From: the human T2T-CHM13v2.0 reference genome, Homo sapiens
Strand: one strand, 5' to 3'
Length of the DNA stretch: 64,000 nucleotides
Assembly (NCBI RefSeq): GCF_009914755.1
Contig: NC_060929.1
In this document: piece by piece, positions 1 to 13,257 of the stretch
Layout: each line of letters starts with the position of its first letter
How positions within the stretch are numbered: position 1 is the first letter of the stretch
Notes under the pieces: generated by a model
Databases searched by the model: none
The model's input: the letters and a program-made list of their open reading frames with translations, nothing else
Told to the model about the DNA's origin: nothing
Position numbers and translations under genes: made by a program

Positions 1-334
1 AAACAAAGATTATAGTCAAAGCTCATAACTTGCTAATTCTTAGACTAAATTTGACTACCATCTGTGTTTTTGAGGTCATTTACAAGTATTGTATCTACAT
101 GGTGGAAACACTACACAGTGGCTGCTACCATGCACCTCTTCTCAACTCTAGATTCAGCAACATCATTTTGGCAGCTTAAAACAGCCATCATGGGAGTGCT
201 TACACTATGGCAAGACTTCAAATTAGAGCTTTTTTTTTCTTTTTTTTGTTTTCCTTTCTCCCTTAAGAATCAGTTGTTAAACATTTCTCACACACAGTAC
301 AGCACATTTATATACTGGCAAACTATATAACAAT

Positions 335-670
335 GAAAAAAGAAAGACTGTCATTTGCAACAATAAGAATGAATTTCACAGACATGTTGAATGAAAGAGG
401 TCAAAACAAAAGTGTTCATACAATATTATTTCACATATGCAAATTTCAAAACAGGCAAAGCTAATTATCTGGATAAAGGTAAGGATATAATTATCTTAAG
501 GAAAGTTATTGACTTGGTTGGGGCACAAGAGAGATTTCTGGGGTCTGAAAATATATATTTTTCTTCCAGTGTTCACAAATAGGTATATACATATGTAAAT
601 ATTCATCAAGTTATACATTTAAAATTTGTGCATTTATTCATGTTAAGTTCTATCTCATAAAATTAAAAAA
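335..670 (+). mobile_element. Old L1M 3'-end fragment
   Basis: Degenerate L1M 3'UTR motifs (catttgcaacaa...gaatgaatttcacagacat...aaaacaggcaaagctaat); boundaries approximate. Confidence 0.55.
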
Positions 671-1004
671 GCTGTAAATTAATACTAAAAAATTACTGAG
701 AAATGCAAAATACAAATATTTGTATTCATGTGAATATAATATAAATACATACTTATTGTCTTCTTAAAATGATTTTTTTAACTTTTATTGAAGTATACAT
801 AACACTGATGATGCTTTAATACAACTAAAATCTGTCAGGAAAAACTCTAATGCTTATAATGTTTTATATTTGAGACAAAGTTTTACTCTGAAAAAATCAT
901 GTATGTAGAGTAAGTTCTTTTTTTAGAAACTTATTCTACGAAAAGGACTCATACACCAGTGAAGAATGAGTTCCCTCTTAGCCCATCACCACTGAACTAC
1001 CAAC

Positions 1005-1208
1005 CTGTAAGTTCTGTAAAAAGTTCCCTGCAGTCATCAATTTTAAGGATTCCTGCCAGGAGGGCATGGTACAGCTTTTTTCCAGGTCAATTTTCACAGC
1101 ACTGACTTTCCTTTGAAACAGCAGCAGTACGCAATCCATGATCCGCATGATGAGGTGAGGGGGGCGGCCCAACGTGCGAACAGTGGCGATGTCCGAAGGC
1201 CTGATGGT
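1005..1208 (-). CDS. DNAH5: DNAH5 coding exon (~exon 59), microtubule-binding domain
   Basis: 204 nt, cccag|...|gttggt; [68 protein letters not shown]. Confidence 0.95.
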
Positions 1209-2149
1209 CTGGGGGATGAAAGGAACGATCACCCAACCACAGATAGGAAAGCACAGACAAGCAAACCTTGCATGTCCAAATGCTGCTATTTCAACAGAGG
1301 ACAGAAAACTGTTTTAAGTTAGATGCAGGCCACAGGGTCTAGATGCATATTTAATCCCAAAGAAACACCATGTCCCAACAAGTTCACATTTCTACTATTC
1401 AAACTAGCAGTGACAGGAAAGAAATGTTGGCGAGCAGATAAGGAGCTGTGACTTCTCTAAAAGTGCACAGATGGCTTTGTGCCAGAAAAAAGAAAGGCAT
1501 AATCTGAAAGAAAAAGAATAGTCAGCACATAAGTAGATTTCGAGGTTCAAAACCAGGAAAATTACAGTATTTGTGGTGCTTTTTTACTTATTAGCTATGT
1601 AGGTCAAGAATCTGCCTCTCTCTCTTAAACAATTCAGGCTCGTCACTGTGGACTGACACCAGAGGGTAGCCACAGGGCTGACAGATTGAATAATTAGAGG
1701 TTTCTTAGCTAGGAACTGACCTTTAAATGACGGGACTTGAGCAATAAGAATTTTACTAAGCTCTCTCTTAGAAAAGTTCCATTCCATTTCTAGTATGTAT
1801 ACACTTATAGAGTAAATGATTTAATAGTCACATACACCTGTTTTGGTTGATAATAACTGCTCAATCACCTAAAACTCACTATGGAATAAGTATTGAAAAA
1901 GTGTTAAATGTAAGAATTGGAAACAATCCTATCTCTAAGACAAATAGTATATATTCCTTCCTTCCAGATCTTCAAAACATCCATCTGGTTTGTATTTGCA
2001 TCCTTTCTATCAAAAGACAGTAACCAATGACCTTCACATAAAAGTGAATGATTTTTTTCTCCAAGGACTGAGGACAAAGAAAAAACACTAAACTTGGTAA
2101 ATTAGGAATGTAATTACATACCTTGAAAAGGTTTGTATATATATATAGT

Positions 2150-2454
<305 letters not shown>

Positions 2455-3150
2455 GTTTTAATATATTAATACTAGCAGTTATGAAAGCCAGACAGCTGGA
2501 AGTTAGGGTGAATGTGTAGTAGAGAACTGAAAATGGCAAACAGACCTTTATTTGAGGTGCACAGTTATAAAAGAAAAGAGAAAAATAGAACAGCAGCCAG
2601 TGAGGAAAGTAGGGTAGGGTCAAATTAAAGTTATATAAAATGTAAGGGCTAGGCATGCTTACTTTACTTTAGCTTTAAAAATAATTTTCAAACAGCATGG
2701 TGCTCAGCTGTGTTAGATGCCCAGGTAAAAGAGGTTGGAGAGGGGAACAAAAACTCAACCTGTTTCACCTAAGCATTAAAGTCCTCTCTTTTCTGCAGGC
2801 CAAGAAATATGACTGTTATATAATCTCCTATATGCTGTGGCAATAGAACAGTTATCTAACATCTGGAGGTATTTTTTATTTTTGCTCTGAGCTGGTTAAA
2901 GTCACATTAATATCAAGATAGGAAGAGACACATTCTTTGCACAAGATTTGTTGTCTTATTTGTTGTATGGATTTATGTAACCTGATGTCAAAATGTTAAG
3001 AGTTTGTACATACCTGGAACTTTCTTAGTAAAAGTGAGTCTTCAAAACTGGACCAGCCTTTAAGGTGTGGCCTAGTTCACTAAACTCATTTCATTTTCTC
3101 AAAATCCAACCTCTTTTGTAATTTTGCCATTGGTGTATTGCCACATAGTT

Positions 3151-3508
3151 TGATATGGTTTAGCTCTATGTCCCCACCCAAATCTCATCGCAAACTGTAA
3201 TCTCCACATGTCAAGGGAGGGACCTGGTGGGAGGTGATTGGATCATGGGGACAGTTTCCCCCATGCTGTTCTCATGATGGTGAGTGAGTTCTCAGGAGAT
3301 CTGATGGTTTCAAAGTGGCAGTTTCCCCTGATCTCTCTCCCGCCATCTTGTGAAGAAAGTGTCTGCTTCCGTTCACCTTCTGCCATGATCGTAAGTTTCC
3401 TGAGGCCTCCCCAGCCATGCGGAACTCTGAGTCAATTAAACGTCTTTTGTTTATAAATTACCCCGTCTCAGGTAACATCTTTATACAGTGTGAACACAGA
3501 CTAATACA
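3151..3508 (+). mobile_element. ERVL-MaLR solo LTR (MST-type)
   Basis: tgatatggttt...ccccacccaaatctcat start, gaggcctccccagccatg core, aattaaa signal, ctaataca end. Confidence 0.88.
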
Positions 3509-3988
3509 CAATTGTACTGTTTAATTGCGTTGGAAGCCTGCTCAAACTCTCTCATTAATGTGCTACATCAGATCAGCAGCTCTCTATTTGGGTAATTCAT
3601 AGACAGAAAACGTCGTATCTTACAGATCACCTACTCCATTGGCCTCAATGAATGAATGAGAGAATGTTGCCTTAGAAAGTTGATGTAACTTTTCCAACAT
3701 TACATAGCTTATTGATGACAGAGTTGAAATGAGGACCCAGGACTCTTGGCCACCAGTATATGGCATTGCCCAACATTGATGAGTGAAGAGTGTGAGATGT
3801 TAAGCAGAACAGGCAAAACCTATAAAGAGCTAATAAAGTCTCAAGCAGAAAATATTACTTGAAATCACTCAAGTGGATAGAGCTTTCATCTGAACCAGTA
3901 GAGCATTTCCTTGCTGTTATTCATCTTTTTAGCATTAGTCTGCCTCTTAAGCCCTAAAGCTGACATCTGTTATATCACATAGATGCAC

Positions 3989-4165
3989 CTGCAATGCAGC
4001 TTCTGCCTCTTCTAAAGCTGGTTTTGCTGCTTCCAGTTTTTCTTCAGCAATGGCTTTGTCTTTAGAGATGCTGTCCACAATGGCCTGGGCCCTGTCCTTC
4101 ACCTTCTGTACCTCAGCCTTGACCTTTTCAGCAGCCTGTGCTTTCATTGTCACTTCTTTTAAGAC
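3989..4165 (-). CDS. DNAH5: DNAH5 coding exon (~exon 58), stalk coiled coil CC1
   Basis: 177 nt, attag|...|gtgcat; [59 protein letters not shown]. Confidence 0.95.
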
Positions 4166-4272
4166 CTAATTCAATAAAAAGCAAGCAATACTTCACCAAA
4201 CAGTATTAAACATCCAGCTGAAAATGCACATTTTTGCCTTGATTTGTTGATTTTGTTCACTTACCCAGTTTT

Positions 4273-4369
4273 GTTGTTTTTTTTTTTTTTTTTGAGATGG
4301 AGTCTCGCTCTGTCGCCCAGGCTGGAGTGCAGTAGCGCGATCTTGGCTCACTGCAAGCTCCGCCTCCTG
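4273..4369 (-). mobile_element. Severely 5'-truncated AluY-like insertion with 15-bp TSD
   Basis: ~76 nt of the Alu 3' end (gcaagctccgcctcc, AluY-type) plus poly(A); perfect TSD cacttacccagtttt at 4258-4272 and 4370-4384. Confidence 0.92.
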
Positions 4370-4528
4370 CACTTACCCAGTTTTTTATACATAAAATTAA
4401 GAGTATTTTATTCCAATGGAAGTTAATGTATACTTCACTAGTTATAGCCAGTGAATATGCATAGATCATTAACACTTGTGAACTGAGAATTCAAAAGGAA
4501 TGTGGCACATGTGTAAATGCCCACCCAC

Positions 4529-4643
4529 CATGTCGGCTTTATCGTTGGCCACTTGTAGCTCCTTTTCTTTCGCTTCCAGTTCTTTACTCAAGGCTGCAAC
4601 AGACTCTGAAGCTTCTTTGAGCTTTTCCAATCCAGTATTCATT
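4529..4643 (-). CDS. DNAH5: DNAH5 coding exon (~exon 57), stalk coiled coil CC1
   Basis: 115 nt, cccag|...|gtgggt; [38 protein letters not shown]. Confidence 0.95.
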
Positions 4644-5519
4644 CTGGGATTGAAAATCCAAGCAAGCAATGTTAAAATGTGTAGGACTTGGATGCAATTC
4701 TCAAGTACTGGTCCAATAATGAGTGGTAATGGTTATATCTGAAGATTGCATGTATGCAAGTAGCAAACCCAAGAGGGCTTAGCAAAAAGGATACAGATCC
4801 AGTCTTGACTCTAGACTGATAACATGTATGTTCTTTACAGACCACGTGCAAGAACAGCGAACCTGCTAGAACACACGACATGAAATTAGGAACGACAGTA
4901 AGGCTAGAATCTGTATCATGAAGGAAACATACTTAATGACATTAGGCTAAATGACAATAGACTTCAAATGCTTAAAGCTCAGTCATGCAGGAAGGAAAAT
5001 AATGCCTGTTTTTCAAAAGAGACATATGAAGTTAAAAGAAGAATGATGTGGGCTTAAGAAACCAATTTAAAGCCATCAGAACAGCTGTAGGAAGGAACTA
5101 GCTGCCTGCCTGAACCTGAAATAACGTGACCATAGAGATGGGAACCCTCCGAGTCATTTCGTGTAACTTCCCACCCAGGGATTCCTTACTCTGGCTGATT
5201 CTAGCCACGCTCAGGAAGATGATCTGATCAGAAAAGCATAGGGCAGAGCAGTGACATTTGGAAGAAACTTCAGGGAAGCAGGGATACTCCTTAGGCAGTG
5301 AACATATGCATCAACCTGGCTTTTCCCTCTCAGTCACTCAGAAGGGATGGGAAGAGAAGGGCAAGAAGAGGGAAGAGCGGATGTCTGCATTCGCAACTCC
5401 CGTCCAGGTCTATTATTTCTATCCTGATGTCAATCAATATTATAGAACGCAGTAGGCCACATAAAAACCTGGCAATAATTTATCCTACTGGGCAAGGAAC
5501 AGTCAATAGGCTCTAGAGG

Positions 5520-5742
5520 AGGGTTTCCCAACCTCAGCACCACGGACATTTGGGGCTGGATAATTCTTTGTTGTGGAGGAAAAGAACTTCAGGAAGTTTA
5601 GCAACATCCCTAAGCCTCTACCCACTACATGCCAGCAGTACCCCTTCCCTGCCCTGCCGCCACAGCTATGATACACAAAAATGTCTCCGGTCATTGCAAA
5701 ATAGCCACCAGGGCAAATCTGTCCCTGGTTGAGAGCCACGGC
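5520..5742 (-). mobile_element. MER20 (hAT-Charlie DNA transposon)
   Basis: Reverse complement matches the MER20 pattern: gtggctctcaaccaggg...gacatttttg...tgctggcat.tagtgggtagagg...acaacaaagaattatccagcccc aaatgtc...gaggttgggaaaccct. Confidence 0.8.
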
Positions 5743-5777
5743 TTTAATATAGCTTTGTATAAGAACATCACACTTAC

Positions 5778-6009
5778 CTGTTGGCCAGGGTCCGCACCTC
5801 CACATGCTTTTCTCCATATATGAACTTATAGCCCTGAATAAAGGAGAGGTATGATTTGGGCGTCACGTGGGTAGAACGTCGGAATCTCTGAAAATAATCA
5901 ACACACTTCTCAGCCACCCCATCCTGGAAGGAGCCCATGCATTGGACCACCTCCTTCTTGATTTCCAAACTGCAGTCAATATCATAGGAAGTGAGGAAGT
6001 GTTCAGACA
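5778..6009 (-). CDS. DNAH5: DNAH5 coding exon (~exon 56)
   Basis: 232 nt, tctag|...|gtaagt; (V)[12 protein letters not shown]...[35 protein letters not shown](R). Confidence 0.96.
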
Positions 6010-8574
6010 CTAGAGAGAATAAAGATGACAGTGTGTGAAATATGTATGTAAGTTACCCTTTTAAAAGTTAACTGTTTATTTCTAAAACTTAGACATTTCT
6101 TAGGAATGCAAACCATTTTTGTAGCCCCAGCTAGGTAGATCTGTGTCAGCATTTTTGGCCCCAGGCCTGTAACATCAACAATTTTATTTTCTGTTGTATA
6201 TATAAAACTATAAAAACACTTTAAGCCTATCAACACTCTTTGTTGCCTGGCGCTTGTGCAGAGACATCTCTTCTACACAGCTGCAGGTTCTGGTCAGCAG
6301 CCAACCTGTTTTATGGTTTACATCAGGACAAATGGTACAAATAACTCAGAAATCAGTGCCCACCTGGTACTCATATTTAACAATGCCATTTATTTTGTCA
6401 CTCAGAACCTATCACACCCTTAGTCCACCCTGGCTCTGACTGCATTTGGCATGTGGAAACGCTCATCACTAAATTTTTTTATGCTGGAGTCATCTTGTTC
6501 TTAAATGTGGCAGCTGGTCATTTGTGGTCAGTTCTTATTTACAGTATTCTTTTAGAATGTTTGGGTAAAAAGTCTCCTGTTGGAGACCTTTACCTTCCCC
6601 ACATTGCCAAATGGGGGACCAATTCTAAGACAGCCTTCCCTGCTATGGGAATAGGCTCATCAATCACCATGTACACTGAATGCCTGTTGCGGAGCCACCA
6701 CTGCGACGGGTGCCATGGAATGAAAGAGGAACGTGAAACTTGGTCTCAACCCCAAGGAATTTACAAGCATCACACAAAATACGGTTAAAATTATCACAAC
6801 CATTTCTATGTATCTCAGAAGAAACAACCTATGTATATAAGTATTGTAAAGAGAAATATGGTCAATAAAATGGGAGAGAAATGAATCAAGTAAGCAAGGC
6901 TTAAAAAGGCAAAGACATACAAATAGTACTTATCACCATCAGTACCCAATCACTAAATTAAGTTCTTAAGGCTGTTATTGTGGGGCTGTATTTACATTTA
7001 TGTAAATAATAGAGACAATTCATCGGCTTCATTACAAAAACAGTTTACCATATACCAAAAGGCAATAATTAAGTCACATTTTCTCATATAAGTTAGCCAA
7101 CCAGTACAAAGAACGGTTTAAACTCTAAGAAGTTCAAGTCTAGGTACTGGAACCATAGAACAATTCATACTTATGATACATTTTGTGTAGGTGTTAACCA
7201 CAATGGCTGCGATGTCTACCATGTGCCAGGCATGATGATCAATGCTTTACTTGGCATTATGGGATATTCTCGGGGAAGTGCCCGCTTTCTGAAATCTTCC
7301 TTGTATTTATCATGTAATGATTTTCTTTCTTCTTATCTGAACAAACAGTATCAATAATGGTGACCTTATTCTTTACGTAGCAAATTGTCCTTTTGTCTCT
7401 CCAAAAAGTCAAAGAGAATAAAATCAGGATGGATTCTAAGTATATTTTTCCACAGACCCAGGATCTCTGGTGCAGGAAAGGTTACAGAAAGAAGCAGAAC
7501 ACTCCCTCTTAGAGTGACCCGTGCCTGCTGAGATTCAGTCAAGAGGCCAGAAAACCCTTCTGTCATCTTCAATATCCCATCACCAAGGCAGTAATGCCAG
7601 TTTTGGGGCTACCTCCAGGGATTTTACAACATAAAGCATATTTTTCTTTAAATGATTCATCAACAGATTCAGTCCATTTAAATTCATACATATAAAAAAC
7701 TCACTTTTTTTCCAAAGGTATTTAGAAGTTATTAAAATTACTACAAAATCCAGTATCAGCCCTAGGGGCTTCTTTAAATTAGAAAAACACATAATAATGT
7801 AATACTTTTATTTTATTGGAAATATTTCTTATGATCTAAATGAAATGCTAACACAAACGAATGATATATTTCTTTCTAGATGCAGCTGGAGGTAATAATT
7901 TAATTCAGAATCAATATCCTTAAGGCAACTAAAATAACAGTTTTTCTAGAAACCTTGTTGCTAATTTTCTAAAAAGAATAAATAACACTGAAATCCCTAA
8001 GTGTCTAAGTACTTCTAATACTCACAGATGGTATTCTTTCAGGATAACACTAGGCAGGTTAGTATTGGGTGTGGAGACATTGATTTTCCCAACAAGATTT
8101 TCTATTTATTGAAGAAAGAAACCATGTCTTATGTCTTTTAGTTCTTTTATCCATTACTATGACTAGCATAGTATTAAACATTTATGTAGTATGCAGGCTG
8201 TAAATAGACTAAATTGGAGCTATAACCACAAAAATTACTGGTTATCAAAAGATTTAAAACGATTTAAATGTGCAGGTAAATTATGTAAAGCATAAGTGTT
8301 ATAGATATAGGAGGTCCAAGAAAATGGGAAAATTTCAAATATTCCAAAGAGAACAAAGGAGGATTGAAGGATGTGATGTATCTTGATTAAGCCTTGGAGA
8401 TTGAATAAATAAAAAAGATGGAGAAGAATATTCTTGGTAGAGGGACTAGTGTGAAAGGATAAGGATGATTAAAGCATGTTCAGAGGGAAAAGAGGTATAT
8501 CCAAAGTTGAACTAGAGAAAGACTGCAAGTGATCAAGGCCATATTATGGAAAGATGATGAATTTCTACACAGTC

Positions 8575-9570
8575 TGATCCATTCATTCAACGTCATAAGT
8601 ATCAAACACCAGTAGCTGCTGAAATTTGAACAAAGGATGTGTAGTTCTTGACCTCATGGGAGTTTTTAGTCTAGTAAGACATTAATTTAGTTTTTAGTCT
8701 AGTAAGCATTCATCAAATAATTAACACAATGAGGTACATAAATTACACACTGTGGTTAATCCCAAGAAGAAAAAGCACAGAGTGCTATGGAATGGATAAC
8801 AGAGGACCTGGCTTGGGGGGAAACGGAGGGAAGCAAAGGAAGATTTTCCTGAAGAGATGACATTTAGCTGAGCCAGCATTATCCAGACAAAGGAGGAGTG
8901 GGTGGGGAGAAATAGGAGGAGGAGAGCATTGCATGGAACACAACTGGGGAAAAAAAAAAAGAGCATATTCAAGGATCCAGGAAAACAGAGCAGGAAAGAA
9001 AAGGGACCTCAGGAGAGCCTGGGGAGGTAGGTAGGGTCAGCTCTTCCCAGCACGAAGGCCTGCTAAAGGTTGTGATTTTTCCTAAGAACAATAGGAAGAC
9101 ATGGAGGTTTTAAGCAGAAATAAATGCAACTGTATTTGTGTTTTTACCGTTTTTCTGTCTGCAATGTGAGATGGATGGGGGACAGGTGAAAGAGTTGAAG
9201 AGATCATTAGAAAGCTATTTGGGTTTTCCAGGTGAGCAGCAATGATAGCTTGGCCTAGGATGTCAGTGAAAGGGAGATGACTTGGTGATGGATAAGACTT
9301 GAGAGTTGGAGAAAAGGGGAGGTGTTGATGGCAAAGGGGTCTCAGGTTGCCTAGTTTGATGAGCGATAATGGCCCTTCCTGAAAGGGGCAGACAATTTGA
9401 GTTTCAGACATTTTCAGTTTAAGAAACTTGTGAAGCATCCATAAGAATGGACCAGGCAGGCAGTTGAGTACACAGATTTCAAGCCAGGAGACAGACTAGA
9501 CCGGAGAAAAAATTGATGGCACGTATTATAAAGGAGGCTGTGGACGAGCTTTCCTGGGGAGAGACTCTGG
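8575..9570 (-). mobile_element. L2 LINE fragment
   Basis: attcattcaac 3' tail in reverse followed by degenerate purine-rich L2 body; boundaries approximate. Confidence 0.6.
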
Positions 9571-10412
9571 AGTACAGAATTCAGTCTGTCTTGTGTCTGT
9601 TGACAAGTCTGTCTTGTCTTGAGTCTGTCCAATAACATCATGAAGCTCAATATGTACGTTCCAAATAAATGAACAAATAGATTAATGCATGAAGGTTGGG
9701 ATATTTGCTAGCAACTGAGGATAAAGAAAGGAAAGTTTCTCTGCCCTCCATGTAATCTTGGTTTGTGTTGGTGTGATAAGATTTAAAAGAATGGGACAAT
9801 GAGAAATTAACAAAGGAGGGATCAATAAGACCTTTGTCTACAAAAGAAGAGATGACTGAAATAGGAACTTAACAAAAAGAGCTTCATATGTAAATCATCT
9901 TAATTTGGCATATTATAGTATCTGTCACCTGAAATTGTTATTTCCATTGTTAATACCTTACAGAGCATTTTATGAAGTACTTGCATATTGATAACTGTAT
10001 TTCATAATAAACTTTAACATAGCTCTGAAATACTCTTGATCTGTGCTCTGCATGTATATCCTACTTGAGTTTTAAAATCTTTTTTTTAAGGTCTTTTGTT
10101 CTTTTTATTAATTTCCTTCCTTTCATCAGTGACTTTTTGTATTAAGAGCTACACTCTTTTTTGTTTTTTTTTTTTTTTCAAATCTTACCTCCAGTTATAT
10201 TTACATTTTTATGGGACTTTAAATTTTAAATCACTGGCCTTTTCTCAAACTTCTAAGACAAAAGGCAGAACTGTGCTGTAAATTTATATCACAAACATGT
10301 TAAAATATTCTGTGTTTAAAAGCCACAGATTGGAAAACCACTACTGTCAATAGTGAAGCGCTGAGAATAAAACTTCCCCAGTAGGTAAGAATTTGTTTTA
10401 AGAATAGGTAAT

Positions 10413-10546
10413 TGATAGATAATCAATAAATAGATGATGGATAGATGGATGGATAGATAATAGACAGATAAAGATAGATGGATAGATAATGGATCGATGG
10501 ATAGATAATTAATAGATATTTAGATAGATAATAGAGAGAGAAATAC

Positions 10547-10582
<36 letters not shown>
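10413..10582. repeat. Compound tetranucleotide microsatellite (GATA/GATG)n(GACA)n
   Basis: Directly visible. Confidence 0.9.
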
Positions 10583-10583
<1 letters not shown>

Positions 10584-11469
10584 ACCTAGGTTTCAGTCTC
10601 AGTACTGATCCCACTAACTTTTTCCACCTATGGCAACCCTCAACTTCATGCTCCTCAGTTTCTCCTTCTCTAAAGAGCAAGAGATGGGTTAATCAGTCAT
10701 TCTCAGATGGGGTACCACAGAGCTGTAGAGGCAATGGTGAGGGCAGTAGAAGTGGGGAGTAAGAGGATGAGACTCCAGAATGCTTCCTCTGGCAACCCCC
10801 ATCTACTTTTCACTGTTTTATCTACTAGGACTACTTGTAAGGTATTACTGGAAAATAAGGCTCTTCTGCATAAAACATTTTTAAAAATTTGAAAACTACT
10901 GTCCTGAATCAGGGTTCTCCTCATGTTCTGATGTAATAGGGATGAGACCTGGGTATCTGTTTCTTTTAAAATATCAACAGACAATTTCTCACCAAAAGCT
11001 TTCAAAAAAAAAAAAAAAAAGCTAAATGTACGCTCTCTAACCTCTCCTCTACTACTTTTATGTTCCAATTTCATTTGCAAAGTAAGGAAGCACTAATGGT
11101 CCATGGCATGGAAGATCAGAAAGAAGCCGAAGCAGCAAAGGGTCCAGTCAGAGACCATGCTGGTTAACATCTTTTGTCAAGGACAGAAACCAGCAGAGAA
11201 TTGCTGGATGATGTTTTCCTCTTTGATTCTCAGCATTGCAGCCTTGAGAAGGAAATGTCCAAGAGATACTTGGCTTTAACCACTCTTGGGCTGACAAACC
11301 TACTTAAAAAGAACACAAATGCTGTCCATGAGATTAAACCTCTGTGCCTTCCCATGACATCCTGGAGCCTGCCTGGAGATCCAGCTGAGGCAGAGCCTTC
11401 AAGCATCCTTGAAAGAACTAGAATCCTTGAACACATGTTATGCCCTGGCATAAACATTTCCATACTAAC

Positions 11470-11737
11470 CAGCAACTAAAGCATCTTTGGGCCATCGGCT
11501 GAACCAGTCAATTGTGCATCCTGAAATTAGGGCAGGGAACTTCAAAGCTCTGTTTCGAAATTTCTCCCCCACTGGCGAGAAGCAGAGCACAATATGAAGG
11601 TTCTGTCGGACCCGACTCATGAAGTAGTCGTGCAGGTTCTCATTGGTAGGAAGGCACCTGGGGAATTCTTTTTTCATGACTGATGCCAGGTCGCTATTAA
11701 TTTCATCAATTTCATCTCGAGCAAATAGGTTAGAGAC
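11470..11737 (-). CDS. DNAH5: DNAH5 coding exon (~exon 55), AAA4
   Basis: 268 nt, ttaag|...|gttagt; [13 protein letters not shown]...[48 protein letters not shown]. Confidence 0.96.
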
Positions 11738-12232
11738 CTTAAAAAGAAGTACAGGCATGCAAATTCAGTACACACATAGGAAAATAGATCAAAATGTAGA
11801 GCTTAATACACAGAATGTCTTTTCTCCATTTGTGTTCTTGAACTCACCTACAGAAAATTGAAAGTTTTCAAGATGAAATACACTACGTTTTAAAATAAAT
11901 AAATGATTCTACTATTAACTGCAAAGTTGTAGCCCCGGAAAGGAGTAAATGGACATGCCAAAAATCTAATTAGCTTTCTTTCTAACTTCGCTCTTCTGTT
12001 TTTTTCATTTGTTATTGGAACATTCACTGATGTTTTCAATGCTTAGCTCCAAATTTTGATGGAGAGTTTTATTCTTCAAAAACCCAATAGAAAAACCCAT
12101 CCTTCATACTGATCACTTAATACCCATCCCCAATAGCACTTATTCACACCACTAATGGAAGAAAACATGTAGAGCTCTAAGCTGGAGGAAATCTGAAGGG
12201 ATAAAACACATAAAGAATAAATGAGCTCCTAC

Positions 12233-12386
12233 CTCACCTGATGATAAAACATTGTTCATATATTCCAAAAATGACTCATCTTTAATCTCATTGTCTGTGA
12301 AAATAAAAGTGATTCCTTTGCCTTGCTGACCAGCTGTTCGATACAAAACCTTCAGATCTTCCATCAGATTTGATGTGTTGTAGGAT
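12233..12386 (-). CDS. DNAH5: DNAH5 coding exon (~exon 54), AAA4
   Basis: 154 nt, tttag|...|gtagga; [51 protein letters not shown]; this donor is required to keep frame with the next exon. Confidence 0.94.
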
Positions 12387-13257
12387 CTAAAGAAATATTT
12401 TCATTTTGTCATTAGCTAAAATATTTTCATGAGAGGGAAAGAACCTTGTAACAACGCATTATGCCATTTAGCTAACAAAAAAATGCTGATTTTGTTCTAT
12501 CGTATACGTATGTATTCTATATGAATGTTACTGGTTAATTTTTAAAAATCCACATTTCATAAAACATTATAATTAATTAATGTTTCTACATAAAAAACTA
12601 TACTGAAAAGTCAACCTGGAACAAAAATAGAATTTTTATCACAACCAAATGTCATTACATTTCAAAATGTATCTTTCTCAAAATTTTTTGACAATGATAA
12701 AAGTCAAATTCAATTATTGATATTTGATTGGCAATTGGTATTTGAGATGACAACTCATAAATTAAACTAAAATAAATAAATGCAAACTTTGGTTATACAG
12801 GGTGAGTGAGATGCCCTGTTATAAACAGTGCCTGCCTCATCCCCCAACACCGTTATCATCATTGCATGTTTGTATTATACATAAATAAACTTGTTTTCTG
12901 AGCAATCAGTACACTGTACTAGACTACCTGGAAACGTTGTGAAATATCCCAGTCTGAAGGTTCTCTAATTACCCAAAGCAATCTTTAGGTGGAAGTGAAC
13001 CTACAATCAGGAAATATTAGAGAGTTCCCACTGTGGAGTGCTACATTATGCCAAAAGTATAAATAAAATTATACCAATTCTGGAGACTCAGACTTACTAA
13101 ATTATTATTTGTACTTTAGTCATGAAATAAACTCAGAATTCAGGGTGCAAGAGAAAAGAGCCATCTGATTTTTTAAAAACTAGTGAATATTTAACTCTAC
13201 CTTTTTCTAACTTCTGTAACCTACACCCTAGAATTGGAAATATCACAACTATGCATC

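Noticed and set aside
4500-4742. + strand ORFs overlapping DNAH5 exons (also 1113, 23723, 28458 and 55185)
   Set aside because: Antisense shadows of coding exons with no independent coding features
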